NCBI GenBank assembly: GCA_038133505.1
Contig: JAYPTI010000006.1
Coordinates: 1-48,211 of the forward strand
Direction of reading: 5' to 3'
Length of the DNA: 48,211 bases
From: Alphaproteobacteria bacterium
Lineage (GTDB): Bacteria > Pseudomonadota > Alphaproteobacteria > MPNO01 > UBA830
The translations under genes and the position numbers were made by a program. The stretch's first letter is position 1. Every line of letters begins with the position of its first letter. Below are positions 1-9,601 of this stretch, one piece after another. A model generated the notes under the pieces. The model did not search any database and was not told the DNA's origin. It was given only the letters and a program-made list of their open reading frames with translations.

Positions 1-221
1 CCATAGACCTTGCCGCGATCGAGTCCAAGCTTGCGCCCCTGACCCAGGCGGGCGAAGCCTACCGCTATATCGCGCTCGAAATCCTGGCGGTCGCCGCCCA
101 GAAAGCGGGCGATATCGAGAAGGCCAAGACGCAGTACAAGTCGATCGTCGACGATCCCGCTGCGCCGACCAGCGTCCGCAGCCGCGCTTCTCAGATGATC
201 GGTATCCTGGGTGGAAACTGA
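1..221 (+). CDS. 3' end of TPR/YfgM-like membrane-anchored protein (partial, not in ORF track)
   Basis: Frame from nt 3 reads IDLAAIESKLAPLTQAGEAYRYIALEILAVAAQKAGDIEKAKTQYKSIVDDPAAPTSVRSRASQMIGILGGN to TGA 219-221. Helical TPR-like pattern, in the usual yfgM-bamB-der position. Confidence 0.7.
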   Translation, partial: IDLAAIESKLAPLTQAGEAYRYIALEILAVAAQKAGDIEKAKTQYKSIVDDPAAPTSVRSRASQMIGILGGN

Positions 222-233
222 CGGGGACCGGCC

Positions 234-1565
234 GTGACGCCCGCTGCGATCAGGGGACTTGCCGTCATAGCGCTGTTCGGCCCGCTGCTGGCCGGTTGCG
301 GTACCGGCTGGTTCGGCGGCAGCAGCGAAAAGCCGCTGCCGGGCGAGCGGATCTCCATTCTGGCGACAGAGAGTACGCTCAAGGCCGATGCGCGGCTTTC
401 CGATCTCGACGTGACCCTGCCGCGGCCGGACCGCAATGACGACTGGCCCCAGGAAGGGGGCTATCCCAACCACGCGATGCATCATCTGGCCGCCCCCGGT
501 CCGCTGGCGCGACTTTGGAGCGTCGATATCGGCGAGGGCTCGAACGACGAAGGCCAGCTTCTCACGCAGCCGGTCGTCGCCAATGGCCGCATCTATACGA
601 TGGACATCGAAGCCGAGGTCATGGCGCTCGATGCGGAGACAGGAAGCCGCATCTGGCGGAGCGAGCTGTCGAAGGACGACGGCAACGAGGGGATCCTCGG
701 CGGAGGCCTCGCTGTAAACCGGGGACGACTGTTCGCGACCACCGGGTTCGGCGACGTGATCGCGCTCGATGCCGAGACCGGTCGCGAAATCTGGCGCAAG
801 CGGATGACCGGCCCGATACGGGCCGCCCCCACGGTTCGCGCCGGCCGCGTGTTCGTCGTCACGGTAACGAACGAGTTGTTCGCGCTGTCCGAGGACGACG
901 GACGCCAGCTCTGGACCCATTCCGGATTGACGGAGGTCGCGGGCCTCATCGGCGGCGCGGCGCCGGCCGTGGACAACGAGGTCGTCGTCGTGCCCTACAC
1001 ATCGGGCGAAGTGGTGGCGCTGCGTGCCGAGAACGGCCGGGTGATCTGGAGCGAGACGCTGTCCGCCCTGCGCCGGTCCGATGCGGTCACGGCGCTGTCG
1101 CATATCCGAGGCAGGCCGGTCATCGACCGGGGACTGGTCTATGTGGTCGCGAACAGCAAGCGGACCGTCGCGATCGACTTGCGGACCGGCACGCGTCTGT
1201 GGGAGGTCCCCGTCGGCGGCCGTCACGGCGTCTGGGTCGCCGGCGAGTTTGCCTATCTGGTGACGCAGGACGGCGAACTGGTCTGTCTGACGCGCCGCGG
1301 CGGGCGGATCCGCTGGGTCACGCAGCTGCCGCGCTTCGAGGACGAGAAAGATCAGGAAGGGCCGATCCAGTGGGCCGGTCCGGTCCTGGTGAGCGACCGC
1401 CTGCTGGTCACCGGCAGCCAGGAGGAAATCTGGTCCGTATCGCCTTACACGGGCAAGGTCCTGGGACGGGTCTCGACGTCCGATCCGATCCGGATTTCGC
1501 CCACCGTGGCGCGCGAGACCGTCTATCTTCTGACCGAAGACGCCGAACTCATCGCCCTGCGCTGA
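234..1565 (+). CDS. bamB: BamB-like PQQ-repeat beta-propeller lipoprotein
   Basis: Lipobox LLAGC, repeated ALDAETG..IW propeller blades, directly upstream of der. Confidence 0.8.
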   Translation: MTPAAIRGLAVIALFGPLLAGCGTGWFGGSSEKPLPGERISILATESTLKADARLSDLDVTLPRPDRNDDWPQEGGYPNHAMHHLAAPGPLARLWSVDIGEGSNDEGQLLTQPVVANGRIYTMDIEAEVMALDAETGSRIWRSELSKDDGNEGILGGGLAVNRGRLFATTGFGDVIALDAETGREIWRKRMTGPIRAAPTVRAGRVFVVTVTNELFALSEDDGRQLWTHSGLTEVAGLIGGAAPAVDNEVVVVPYTSGEVVALRAENGRVIWSETLSALRRSDAVTALSHIRGRPVIDRGLVYVVANSKRTVAIDLRTGTRLWEVPVGGRHGVWVAGEFAYLVTQDGELVCLTRRGGRIRWVTQLPRFEDEKDQEGPIQWAGPVLVSDRLLVTGSQEEIWSVSPYTGKVLGRVSTSDPIRISPTVARETVYLLTEDAELIALR

Positions 1566-1589
1566 GCGGGGACGCGGAAAAAACCAGCC

Positions 1590-3038
1590 ATGAAACCCGT
1601 CGTCGCAATCCTCGGACGGCCGAATGTCGGCAAGTCGACGTTGTTCAACCGCCTGACCGGGCGCCGCTCGGCTCTCGTCGACCCGACGCCCGGCGTCACG
1701 CGCGACCGGCGCGAGGGCGATGCGTTTCTCGGGCGGCTGCGCTTCACGGTCGTCGATACCGCGGGGCTGGAAGACGCACCGGCAAGCGCTGTCGAGACCG
1801 AAATGCAGGAACAGAGCCGTCGGGCGCTGGCGGAGGCGGACGTCGCGCTGCTTCTGTTCGACGCGCGTGCCGGGATAACGCCGCTGGACCGGCATTTCGC
1901 GGACCTGATGCGCAAGTCGAAAACGCCGGTGGTTCTTGTCGGCAACAAGTGCGAGGCGCGGGCGGCTGATCCCGGCCTTCTCGAGGCGTACGAGCTTGGG
2001 ATGGGACAGCCCATCCCCATCGCGTCCGAACACGGTATCGGCATGTCGGACCTCGAGGACGCCATCGACGAAGCGTTGCGCAGGATCAGCTGGTCGGATC
2101 CGGAGGCCTGGGTGGATGCGACCCGGGACGAACGCAGGCGCCGGCGCCGCGGTCGCGACGCCGACGAGGCGGAAGAGCCGGAAAGCGACGAAGACGAGGA
2201 GGAAGAAGACGAGGGCGGACCGCTGCGTCTCGCGATCGTCGGGCGCCCCAATGTCGGAAAATCCACGCTCGTGAACCGACTTCTCGGCGACCAGCGCGTC
2301 ATTACCGGGCCCGAACCCGGCATTACGCGCGATGCGATTTCGGTGAGCTGGGAATGGGAAGGCCTGCCGATAAAGCTGATCGATACGGCCGGCATGCGGC
2401 GCAAGGCGCGGGTCGACGACAAGGTCGAGAAGCTGTCGGTCGGCGATACGCTCGAAGCCATCCGTTTCGCGCATGTCGTCGTGGTCGTCGTCGATGCGAA
2501 CGAGATGCCCGAGCGTCAGGATCTCGTCATCGCGCGCCATGTCATAGACGAAGGCCGTGCGATTGTGATCGCCGTGAACAAATGGGATGCGGTCGAGGAC
2601 CGCGAGGACGCCCTGCACAAACTGCGCGACCGTATGGAAATTTCCCTGCCGCAGATCCGCGGCGTGCCGGTCGTAACGATGTCAGCGCTGACGGGGCGCG
2701 GTGTCGACCGTCTCATGCCCGCAGTGGCCGAGGTGTACGAAGTCTGGAACCGCCGCATCCCGACAGGGCCGCTCAACCGCTGGCTTCAGGACACCGTCGA
2801 CCGACACCCGCCGCCAATCTTCAGGGGGCGCCGTATTCGTGTCCGCTATATCACACAGTCGAAGGCGCGCCCGCCGACCTTTGCCGTGTTCGCCAGCCAG
2901 CCGCTCGGCATTCCGGAGGCTTACGTGCGCTATCTGGTGAACGGTATTCGGGAGACGTTCGAATTTCCCGGCGTTCCGATCCGGATAAATCTGCGCCGCC
3001 AGAGAAACCCCTTCGCGCCGGGCGAAGGGGGCGACTAG
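1590..3038 (+). CDS. der: ribosome biogenesis GTPase Der (EngA)
   Basis: Two G domains (GRPNVGKS twice, DTAG twice, NKCE/NKWD) and a C-terminal KH-like domain. Confidence 0.97.
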   Translation: MKPVVAILGRPNVGKSTLFNRLTGRRSALVDPTPGVTRDRREGDAFLGRLRFTVVDTAGLEDAPASAVETEMQEQSRRALAEADVALLLFDARAGITPLDRHFADLMRKSKTPVVLVGNKCEARAADPGLLEAYELGMGQPIPIASEHGIGMSDLEDAIDEALRRISWSDPEAWVDATRDERRRRRRGRDADEAEEPESDEDEEEEDEGGPLRLAIVGRPNVGKSTLVNRLLGDQRVITGPEPGITRDAISVSWEWEGLPIKLIDTAGMRRKARVDDKVEKLSVGDTLEAIRFAHVVVVVVDANEMPERQDLVIARHVIDEGRAIVIAVNKWDAVEDREDALHKLRDRMEISLPQIRGVPVVTMSALTGRGVDRLMPAVAEVYEVWNRRIPTGPLNRWLQDTVDRHPPPIFRGRRIRVRYITQSKARPPTFAVFASQPLGIPEAYVRYLVNGIRETFEFPGVPIRINLRRQRNPFAPGEGGD

Positions 3039-3044
3039 AGCCTT

Positions 3045-3716
3045 CTATTTGGCGGGCGGATCTGCGGGCTTTGCGGTTGCCAACGCCCGTATCGCGGCGT
3101 CGACCTGGTCCGCCATTCGCCGGCTAAGCGCCGAGAACCGCGCCGGCAATTCCGACCATGTGTCCTGGAGCCCTTTCGGGGCCGCCTCCGCCGGCAGGCT
3201 CGCCAGCGTCGCGGCGCGGCGCGCGTTGGTTCCTCCGTCCCGGAGTTCCGTTTCGATGCGCGTCTCGGCGAACTCGAACCGCAGGTTGGCGCGGGCGGTG
3301 ATGCCGGAAAACCGGCCCGTATTACCGATGCGGACCTTCGTGAGCGCGACGCGGAACAGCGCCACGTCGGGTGCCGGCTTCTCGGCGAAACGGAGTTTGC
3401 CGGCCAGCGCCTGACGAACCATTCCGTCCAGGGCCCGCCGCATCGCGTCGATGTCTCCGTGATCGATCGTCGACAGGTTCGTCCCCGGCGCAACGATGAT
3501 CTCGACCGGTTCCATGTACACGGTTTCGATCTTCGTGCCCGCGGCATTTTGCGCCACGAAGACCTGATCCGACCCCGTCCCGCTGATCTGCTTCATCGAG
3601 ACAAGGGGACCGAGCCAGCCGGTCGAGGTGGCGACGGGATTACGGTCGTCCGATGAGCATCCCGCGGCGAAGAGCGTCAGCGTCAAGGCGATCAGGGTTG
3701 TGGGGAGGCGAAACAT
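3045..3716 (-). CDS. DUF3313-like lipoprotein
   Basis: Signal peptide with lipobox FAAGC; 223 aa; alpha/beta pattern reminiscent of DUF3313. Family call is tentative. Confidence 0.55.
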   Translation of the reverse strand: MFRLPTTLIALTLTLFAAGCSSDDRNPVATSTGWLGPLVSMKQISGTGSDQVFVAQNAAGTKIETVYMEPVEIIVAPGTNLSTIDHGDIDAMRRALDGMVRQALAGKLRFAEKPAPDVALFRVALTKVRIGNTGRFSGITARANLRFEFAETRIETELRDGGTNARRAATLASLPAEAAPKGLQDTWSELPARFSALSRRMADQVDAAIRALATAKPADPPAK

Positions 3717-3798
3717 GTGCCGAATTTAGGTGCCGCGTGTCATGCGTTCAAGAATCGAGCGGCTGTCATGGGGTGGAACGCGCGCCAGACCGGTAGTG

Positions 3799-4512
3799 TC
3801 AGTAAGCGCGAACGACCTCGCCGTGGCGGGCGCAGTCCGCCGCGCATAGCTCGGCGAACAGATCCGTCACGCTGTCGGGCGTCCGTAGCGTCGCCGGATC
3901 CTCGCCCGGATACGCTTCGGCCCTCATGCCCGTCCTGACCGCGCCGGGATCGATCAAGTTGATCTTCATTGCCGTCTGTTCGGTTTCCGCTGCCCAGCAG
4001 CTTACCATCATCTCCAGCGCGGCTTTGGTGACGGCATAGGCGCCCCAATAGGGCCGCTTTCCGTGCGCAGCACCGGACGAGACGAAGACCGCGCGTCCGG
4101 CGTCGGAAGCGCGGAGAAGCGGGTCCAGTGTCCGAATTAGCCGCCAGTTGGCGTGCAGGTTCACGTCGAAGACGTCGTGCCAGATCTTCGCGTCGATATG
4201 GTTGATCGGCGCCATTTCGCCGAGCAAACCCGCATTCCCGACGAGGATGTCGAGCCGTCCGAACCGCTCGGCGAGCGTCGGGCCCAGAAGGTCGACCTGG
4301 TCCAGATTCGACAGGTCCAGCTCGAGGAGTGTCGCGCCGTCCGGATGGCCGGCCGCCCGGATCTCGTCGTCCACCTCTTCGAGGCCGCCGCGGGTCCGAG
4401 CCACGAGCACGACGTGGGCGCCTTCGGCCGAAAAGCGCTTTGCGACGGCGGCGCCGATGCCGCGGGACGCGCCCGTGATCAGCGCGACCCGGTTGTCGAG
4501 CCGTCCGGTCAC
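3799..4512 (-). CDS. short-chain dehydrogenase/reductase (YciK-like)
   Basis: TGASRGIG, NAG and YAVTK motifs. GTG start overlaps the purF stop (GTGA); the longer ORF-track start is spurious. Confidence 0.9.
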   Translation of the reverse strand: MTGRLDNRVALITGASRGIGAAVAKRFSAEGAHVVLVARTRGGLEEVDDEIRAAGHPDGATLLELDLSNLDQVDLLGPTLAERFGRLDILVGNAGLLGEMAPINHIDAKIWHDVFDVNLHANWRLIRTLDPLLRASDAGRAVFVSSGAAHGKRPYWGAYAVTKAALEMMVSCWAAETEQTAMKINLIDPGAVRTGMRAEAYPGEDPATLRTPDSVTDLFAELCAADCARHGEVVRAY

Positions 4513-5966
4513 GCGAGTTGCGTCAGGAAGGAAAGCTGCGGATTGGGTTCGCCCACGCTGTGATCGGTAAGCCCGATCGGATACTCGCCCGAGAAACAGG
4601 CGTCGCAATATTGCGGGTTCTCGTTGTTCCGGGCAGGGAGCCCCATCGCGCGGTAGAGCGCATCCATCGACAGGAAGGCGAGCGAGTCGACGCCGATAAT
4701 CTTCGCCATCTCCTCGACATTGTGCTGTGCGGCGAGGAGCTGGTCGCGGTCCGGTGTGTCCACGCCGTAGAAACACGAGTGCGTCGTCGGCGGGCTCGCG
4801 ATGCGCATGTGCACTTCCGTCGCCCCGGCGGCGCGCATCATCTCGACGATCTTCACCGACGTGGTGCCGCGGACGATGCTGTCGTCCACCAGCACGATGC
4901 GCTTGCCGTCGATCACGTCCCGGTTCGCGTTGTGCTTCAACTTCACGCCGAGATGGCGAATCCGGTCCGTCGGCTCGATGAAGGTCCGGCCGACATAGTG
5001 ATTGCGGATAATCCCGAGCTCGTACGGAATTTTCGCCCGTTCGGCGTATCCCAGCGCCGCGGGGACGCCCGAGTCCGGCACTGGGATGACGACGTCGGCA
5101 TCGACGTGGGTTTCCGATGCGAGTTCCTGGCCGATCCGCTTGCGAGCATCGTAGACGTTACGTCCCTCGATCGCGCTGTCGGGGCGCGCGAAGTAGATAT
5201 ATTCGAAGATGCAAAGCCGGTGAGGTTTCACCGGGAAAGGATGCATCGACTGGATGCCGTCCTCGTCGATCAGGACCATTTCGCCGGGCTTGATGTCGCG
5301 GACGTACTCGGCGCCGATGATGTCGAGCGCGCAGGTCTCCGAGGCGAGGATGTAGCTTTCTTCGAACCGGCCGAGGACGAGCGGGCGGACGCCGTAGGGA
5401 TCGCGGACGCCGATCAGCGTGTCGTTGTGGAGCGCCACGAGCGAATAGGCGCCTTCCACCTGCTGAAGCGCCGAAACGATGCGGTCGACGACGGTGTCGA
5501 ACTGGCTGACGGCGATCAGGTGGATGATCACCTCCGTATCGGTCGTCGACTGGAACAGGCAGCCCCGCGCCACTAGTTCGCGGCGGAGCGAGATCGCGTT
5601 GGTGAGGTTGCCGTTGTGGCCGATCGCGAAGCCGCCCGAGGCGAAATCGGCGAAAAGCGGCTGGATGTTGCGGACGATGGTGTCGCCCGTGGTCGAATAG
5701 CGGTTATGGCCGATGGCGGAGCGGCCGGGCAGGCGGCCGATGACCGACTCCTCGCTGAAATTGTCGCCGACGTGGCCGGCCGCGCGATGGCTGAAGAACT
5801 GTCCGCCTTCGTAGGTGACGATGCCCGCCGCTTCCTGTCCGCGATGCTGAAGGGCGTGCAGGCCGAGCGCCGTCAGCGCGGCGGCATCCGCATGGCCGAA
5901 GACGCCGAAGATTCCGCACTCTTCGTGCAGCTTGTCGTCGTCGAAGGGATTGGTGGTTATCGGCAC
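4509..5966 (-). CDS. purF: amidophosphoribosyltransferase
   Basis: Propeptide followed by EECGIFG, LQHRGQE, and PRPP motif VLVDDSIVRGTT. Confidence 0.98.
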   Translation of the reverse strand: MPITTNPFDDDKLHEECGIFGVFGHADAAALTALGLHALQHRGQEAAGIVTYEGGQFFSHRAAGHVGDNFSEESVIGRLPGRSAIGHNRYSTTGDTIVRNIQPLFADFASGGFAIGHNGNLTNAISLRRELVARGCLFQSTTDTEVIIHLIAVSQFDTVVDRIVSALQQVEGAYSLVALHNDTLIGVRDPYGVRPLVLGRFEESYILASETCALDIIGAEYVRDIKPGEMVLIDEDGIQSMHPFPVKPHRLCIFEYIYFARPDSAIEGRNVYDARKRIGQELASETHVDADVVIPVPDSGVPAALGYAERAKIPYELGIIRNHYVGRTFIEPTDRIRHLGVKLKHNANRDVIDGKRIVLVDDSIVRGTTSVKIVEMMRAAGATEVHMRIASPPTTHSCFYGVDTPDRDQLLAAQHNVEEMAKIIGVDSLAFLSMDALYRAMGLPARNNENPQYCDACFSGEYPIGLTDHSVGEPNPQLSFLTQLA

Positions 5967-5979
5967 GTGGTCTTGATCC

Positions 5980-6609
5980 TCACTGATGGCTCCGGATCAA
6001 CCGGTCCATCTCCTGCCGTTCGTCCTTGTTATAGCCGGATTTACGATCTGCGCCACCGGCTTCGGGACGGGGAGACAAAAGATTGCGGAACGTCCCGTCC
6101 CTGTTCGACGGGGCGGGCTGGCTGACATTCAATCCCCATTCATTCGGGGCAAGCGAGATCAGGGTCGTCGCGCCGCGCCGGACGAGCGGCAGCGTCTTTG
6201 CGCTTTTGAAGAAGTCCGAATTGTCGTCCATCTCGAAAAACTGTTGCGAGAACATATAGGCGCCGCTGATGACGACGCCCCCGATCGCCAGACCGGCGAC
6301 TAGCCCCAGCGTTCTGTCGAGCATTCCGAACCCGCTGTCCCGGACCCCGCCCGCGAGCGTATGGCTCAGAAACGTGAGGACGATCATGCTGACAACGAAA
6401 ATGCCCGCTCCTGCGGCGATATCGGCGAATAATTCGTTGCCGATCCATTCGCGCGCGAAGGGCCGGGCATAGGAAAATCCGTATATCGTCGCAAACGAGG
6501 CGCCGACCCAGGCGGCGAGGCCGAAAATGACGCGCATCAGCCCCAGGCGGAACGCGATCAGGCCGCTGAGAAGCACCACCACGGCGACGACGATGTCCGC
6601 AATACTCAT
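5980..6609 (-). CDS. cvpA: CvpA family membrane protein
   Basis: MSIADIVV start overlapping the radA stop (ATGA), several TM helices, LDRTLG motif, cvpA-purF synteny. Confidence 0.88.
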   Translation of the reverse strand: MSIADIVVAVVVLLSGLIAFRLGLMRVIFGLAAWVGASFATIYGFSYARPFAREWIGNELFADIAAGAGIFVVSMIVLTFLSHTLAGGVRDSGFGMLDRTLGLVAGLAIGGVVISGAYMFSQQFFEMDDNSDFFKSAKTLPLVRRGATTLISLAPNEWGLNVSQPAPSNRDGTFRNLLSPRPEAGGADRKSGYNKDERQEMDRLIRSHQ

Positions 6610-8018
6610 TGAGCCGCCTCGGATACCGGGCGAACGCCGCCGCCCGACAGATCGAACAGTCCTACCATGTCCTGGAGTTTGCGCATCTCGGAAATGCGCA
6701 ATTTCGACGAATCGGCGGTGTCTTTCTTGTGACGTGACGCGCGGCGCGGCGGCGCCCACGCGCATTCGAAACCGAGCTTTCTGGCTTCTTTCAGCCGCAG
6801 GTCGGCCTGGCTTACGGATCGCACCTCGCCCGAAAGGCCGATCTCCCCGAACACCACCGTGTCGGGAGAGACGGGCTGGTCGAGCGCGGCGGAGACCAGC
6901 GCCGCTGCGACGGCGAGGTCCGCGGCGGGTTCGGTGACCCGAAGGCCGCCTGCGACGTTCAGATAGACGTCGCGCCCGGCAAGGGAAATCCCGCAGCGCG
7001 CTTCGAGGACGGCGAGCACCATGGCAAGCCGACCGGAATCCCAACCGATCACCGCCCGGCGGGGCGTGCCGAGAGCCGACGGCGCAACGAGGGCCTGAAT
7101 CTCGACGAGAACGGGTCGGGTCCCCTCTATGCCGGCGAATACGGCTGCGCCCGACACGTCGTCCCGCCGTTCGGCGAGGAACAGCGCCGACGGGTTCTCG
7201 ACCTGCATCAGGCCGCCTTCGGTCATCTCGAAGACGCCGATCTCGTCGGTCGGGCCGAACCGGTTCTTGATCGCGCGCAGGAGGCGGAACTGATGCCCGC
7301 GCTCGCCCTCGAAATACAGCACCGTGTCGACCATGTGTTCGAGCACGCGCGGCCCCGCGATCGTGCCCTCCTTGGTGACGTGGCCGACGAGAATGAGGCT
7401 GAAGCCGCGCCGCTTGGCGAGACGGATCAACGTGTCCGCGCTGGCGCGCACCTGCGAGACCGTTCCGGGCGCGGATTCCAGATTATCGAGGAACATGGTC
7501 TGGATGGAATCGATGATCACCAGCCGCGGCGGCGCGGCGACGTCGAGGGTCGCCACGATATCGCGGACGCTGGTTGCAGCGGCCAGCCTTACCTGCGCCT
7601 CGGCCAGACCGAGCCGCGCGGCGCGCATCCGGACCTGATCGACGGCTTCCTCGCCCGAGATGTAGGCGCATTCGGCGCCGCCGGAGACGGCGCCCGCGAC
7701 CTGCAGCAGGATGGTCGACTTGCCGATGCCCGGATCGCCGCCGACGAGGATCGCGGACCCGGGGACCATCCCGCCGCCCGTCACGCGGTCGAACTCCTCG
7801 ATGCCGGTCGTCAGGCGCGGCGCGTTCTTGGATTCGCCGTCGAGCGGGACGAAGTCGATGTTGCGCCCCTTTGCGGTGCCGAGACCCTTCGGCGTGGAAT
7901 CGGCCGGGGCCTCTTCGGCGATGGCGTTCCATTCGCCGCAGGAATCGCACTGGCCCTGCCATTTGCGGTAGCTCGCGCCGCAGCTCTGACAGATGAAGCT
8001 GGCCGATGCCTTCGCCAT
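6606..8018 (-). CDS. radA: DNA repair protein RadA/Sms
   Basis: Zn finger CQSC..CDSC, Walker A GDPGIGKS, KNRFG motif, Lon-like C-terminus. Confidence 0.98.
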   Translation of the reverse strand: MAKASASFICQSCGASYRKWQGQCDSCGEWNAIAEEAPADSTPKGLGTAKGRNIDFVPLDGESKNAPRLTTGIEEFDRVTGGGMVPGSAILVGGDPGIGKSTILLQVAGAVSGGAECAYISGEEAVDQVRMRAARLGLAEAQVRLAAATSVRDIVATLDVAAPPRLVIIDSIQTMFLDNLESAPGTVSQVRASADTLIRLAKRRGFSLILVGHVTKEGTIAGPRVLEHMVDTVLYFEGERGHQFRLLRAIKNRFGPTDEIGVFEMTEGGLMQVENPSALFLAERRDDVSGAAVFAGIEGTRPVLVEIQALVAPSALGTPRRAVIGWDSGRLAMVLAVLEARCGISLAGRDVYLNVAGGLRVTEPAADLAVAAALVSAALDQPVSPDTVVFGEIGLSGEVRSVSQADLRLKEARKLGFECAWAPPRRASRHKKDTADSSKLRISEMRKLQDMVGLFDLSGGGVRPVSEAAQ

Positions 8019-8831
8019 TCAGGCCACCGCCCCGGTCGTGCCAGGCGCGATATGCACCGGCTCGTCCTGGACCGTCATCGGGCCCTCGATGCGGCCGTGA
8101 ATGAACTGGTCGACGATTTCGTTGCCGCTGTCCTCGACCTCGCCCACGGGACCGACCCAGACGGTCTTGCCTTCGTAGATCATCGCGATGCGGTCGCCGA
8201 TCCGCCGCGCACTTTCCATGTCGTGCGTGATGGTCAGCGCCGTCGCGCCGAGCTGCTTCACGCAGTCGACGATAAGGCGGTCGATGACGTCGCCCATGAT
8301 GGGATCGATGCCGGTCGTCGGTTCGTCGAAGAACAGGATTTCCGGTTCCGTGGCGATGGCGCGGGCAAGGCCGACGCGTTTCTGGGCGCCGGCCGAAATT
8401 TCGGCGGGAAACCGGTCGGCGCTGTCCGCCTCCATGCCGACCTGGGCGAGACGGTCTATCGCGATCTCGCGGGCTTCGCCGCGTGCGACGCCCTGCGCGG
8501 ACATCAGGCCGAAGGCGACGTTTTCCCAGAGCGGCAGCGAGTCGAACAGCGCCGCGCCCTGGAACAGCATGCCGATCTTGCGGTTGATGCGATCGCGTTC
8601 GCTCGCGGTCGCGCCCACCGCTTCCTGGCCGTCGATGCGGATCGATCCGCCGTCCGCCTGAAGGATGCCGACGATGCATTTGATGAGCACGGACTTGCCG
8701 GTGCCCGACCCGCCGATGACCACGAGACTTTCGCCTTCCGGCACATCGAGGTCGAGACCGCGCAGGACGTGCTTCGGCCCGAAGGACTTCTCGAGCCCGC
8801 GGATGGCGATCTTTGCCGGGCGGCCGGTCAT
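8019..8831 (-). CDS. mlaF: ABC transporter ATP-binding protein, MlaF family
   Basis: GGSGTGKS, FQGAALFDSL, FFDEPTTGIDP. ATG overlaps the mlaE stop. Confidence 0.88.
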   Translation of the reverse strand: MTGRPAKIAIRGLEKSFGPKHVLRGLDLDVPEGESLVVIGGSGTGKSVLIKCIVGILQADGGSIRIDGQEAVGATASERDRINRKIGMLFQGAALFDSLPLWENVAFGLMSAQGVARGEAREIAIDRLAQVGMEADSADRFPAEISAGAQKRVGLARAIATEPEILFFDEPTTGIDPIMGDVIDRLIVDCVKQLGATALTITHDMESARRIGDRIAMIYEGKTVWVGPVGEVEDSGNEIVDQFIHGRIEGPMTVQDEPVHIAPGTTGAVA

Positions 8832-9601
8832 TGGGCGAAAAACGCCTCGGTGATCAGGTAGTTGCTGCCGAGGATGAGGATCGAGGCCGACACGACCGCG
8901 TTTGTCGTCGCCGCACCGACGCCCTGCGCGCCGCCGCGGGAGTTGTAGCCGTGGTAGCACCCCATGAGCGCGATCAGGAACCCGAAGACGCCGGCCTTCA
9001 CGAGACCCGATACGACGTCCATCGTCTCGAGGAACTGCCAGGTGTTCTTGATGTAGACCGCGGGATTGAAGCCCAGCTTGTGGACCGAAATCAGATATCC
9101 GCCGAAAACGCCGATGATATCGGCGACGAAGACGCAGCAGGGCAGCATGATCAGCCCGGCCAGCAGTCGGGGCGCCACGAGATACTTGTAGGGATTGGTC
9201 GAGAGCGTCGACAGGGCGTCGATCTGTTCGGTCACCCGCATGGTGCCGATCTCGGCCGCCATCGCGGCGCCGATGCGCCCCGCCACCATGAGCCCGGCGA
9301 GAACCGGCGCGAGTTCCCGAGTCACTGACAGGACGACGACGGTGGCCACGGCGCTCTCGGCATTGAAGCGGGCGAAGCCGGTATAGCTCTGCAGCGCCAG
9401 CACCATGCCGGTAAAGACCGCGGTCAGCCCGACGACGGGCAGCGAGTAGTACCCGATTTCGATTACCTGCCGGAGCAGCAGCCGCGGATAGAACGGCGGC
9501 CGGACGATGTGGCTGACGCTGATGCCCGTGAAGACCGCGAGCTTGCCGGTCGTCGTGAGAAAATTGAGGAAAACGTGGCCGATCCCGGCGACGAAGTTCA
9601 T
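8828..9601 (-). CDS. mlaE: MlaE family ABC transporter permease
   Basis: RELAPVLAGLMVAGRIGAAMAAEIGTMRVTEQIDAL signature. Confidence 0.93.
   Translation of the reverse strand: MNFVAGIGHVFLNFLTTTGKLAVFTGISVSHIVRPPFYPRLLLRQVIEIGYYSLPVVGLTAVFTGMVLALQSYTGFARFNAESAVATVVVLSVTRELAPVLAGLMVAGRIGAAMAAEIGTMRVTEQIDALSTLSTNPYKYLVAPRLLAGLIMLPCCVFVADIIGVFGGYLISVHKLGFNPAVYIKNTWQFLETMDVVSGLVKAGVFGFLIALMGCYHGYNSRGGAQGVGAATTNAVVSASILILGSNYLITEAFFAQ

Noticed and set aside
8019-9601. mlaEF without mlaD/mlaC
   Set aside because: The dnaB-alr-mlaE-mlaF-radA-cvpA-purF order is ordinary alphaproteobacterial synteny.
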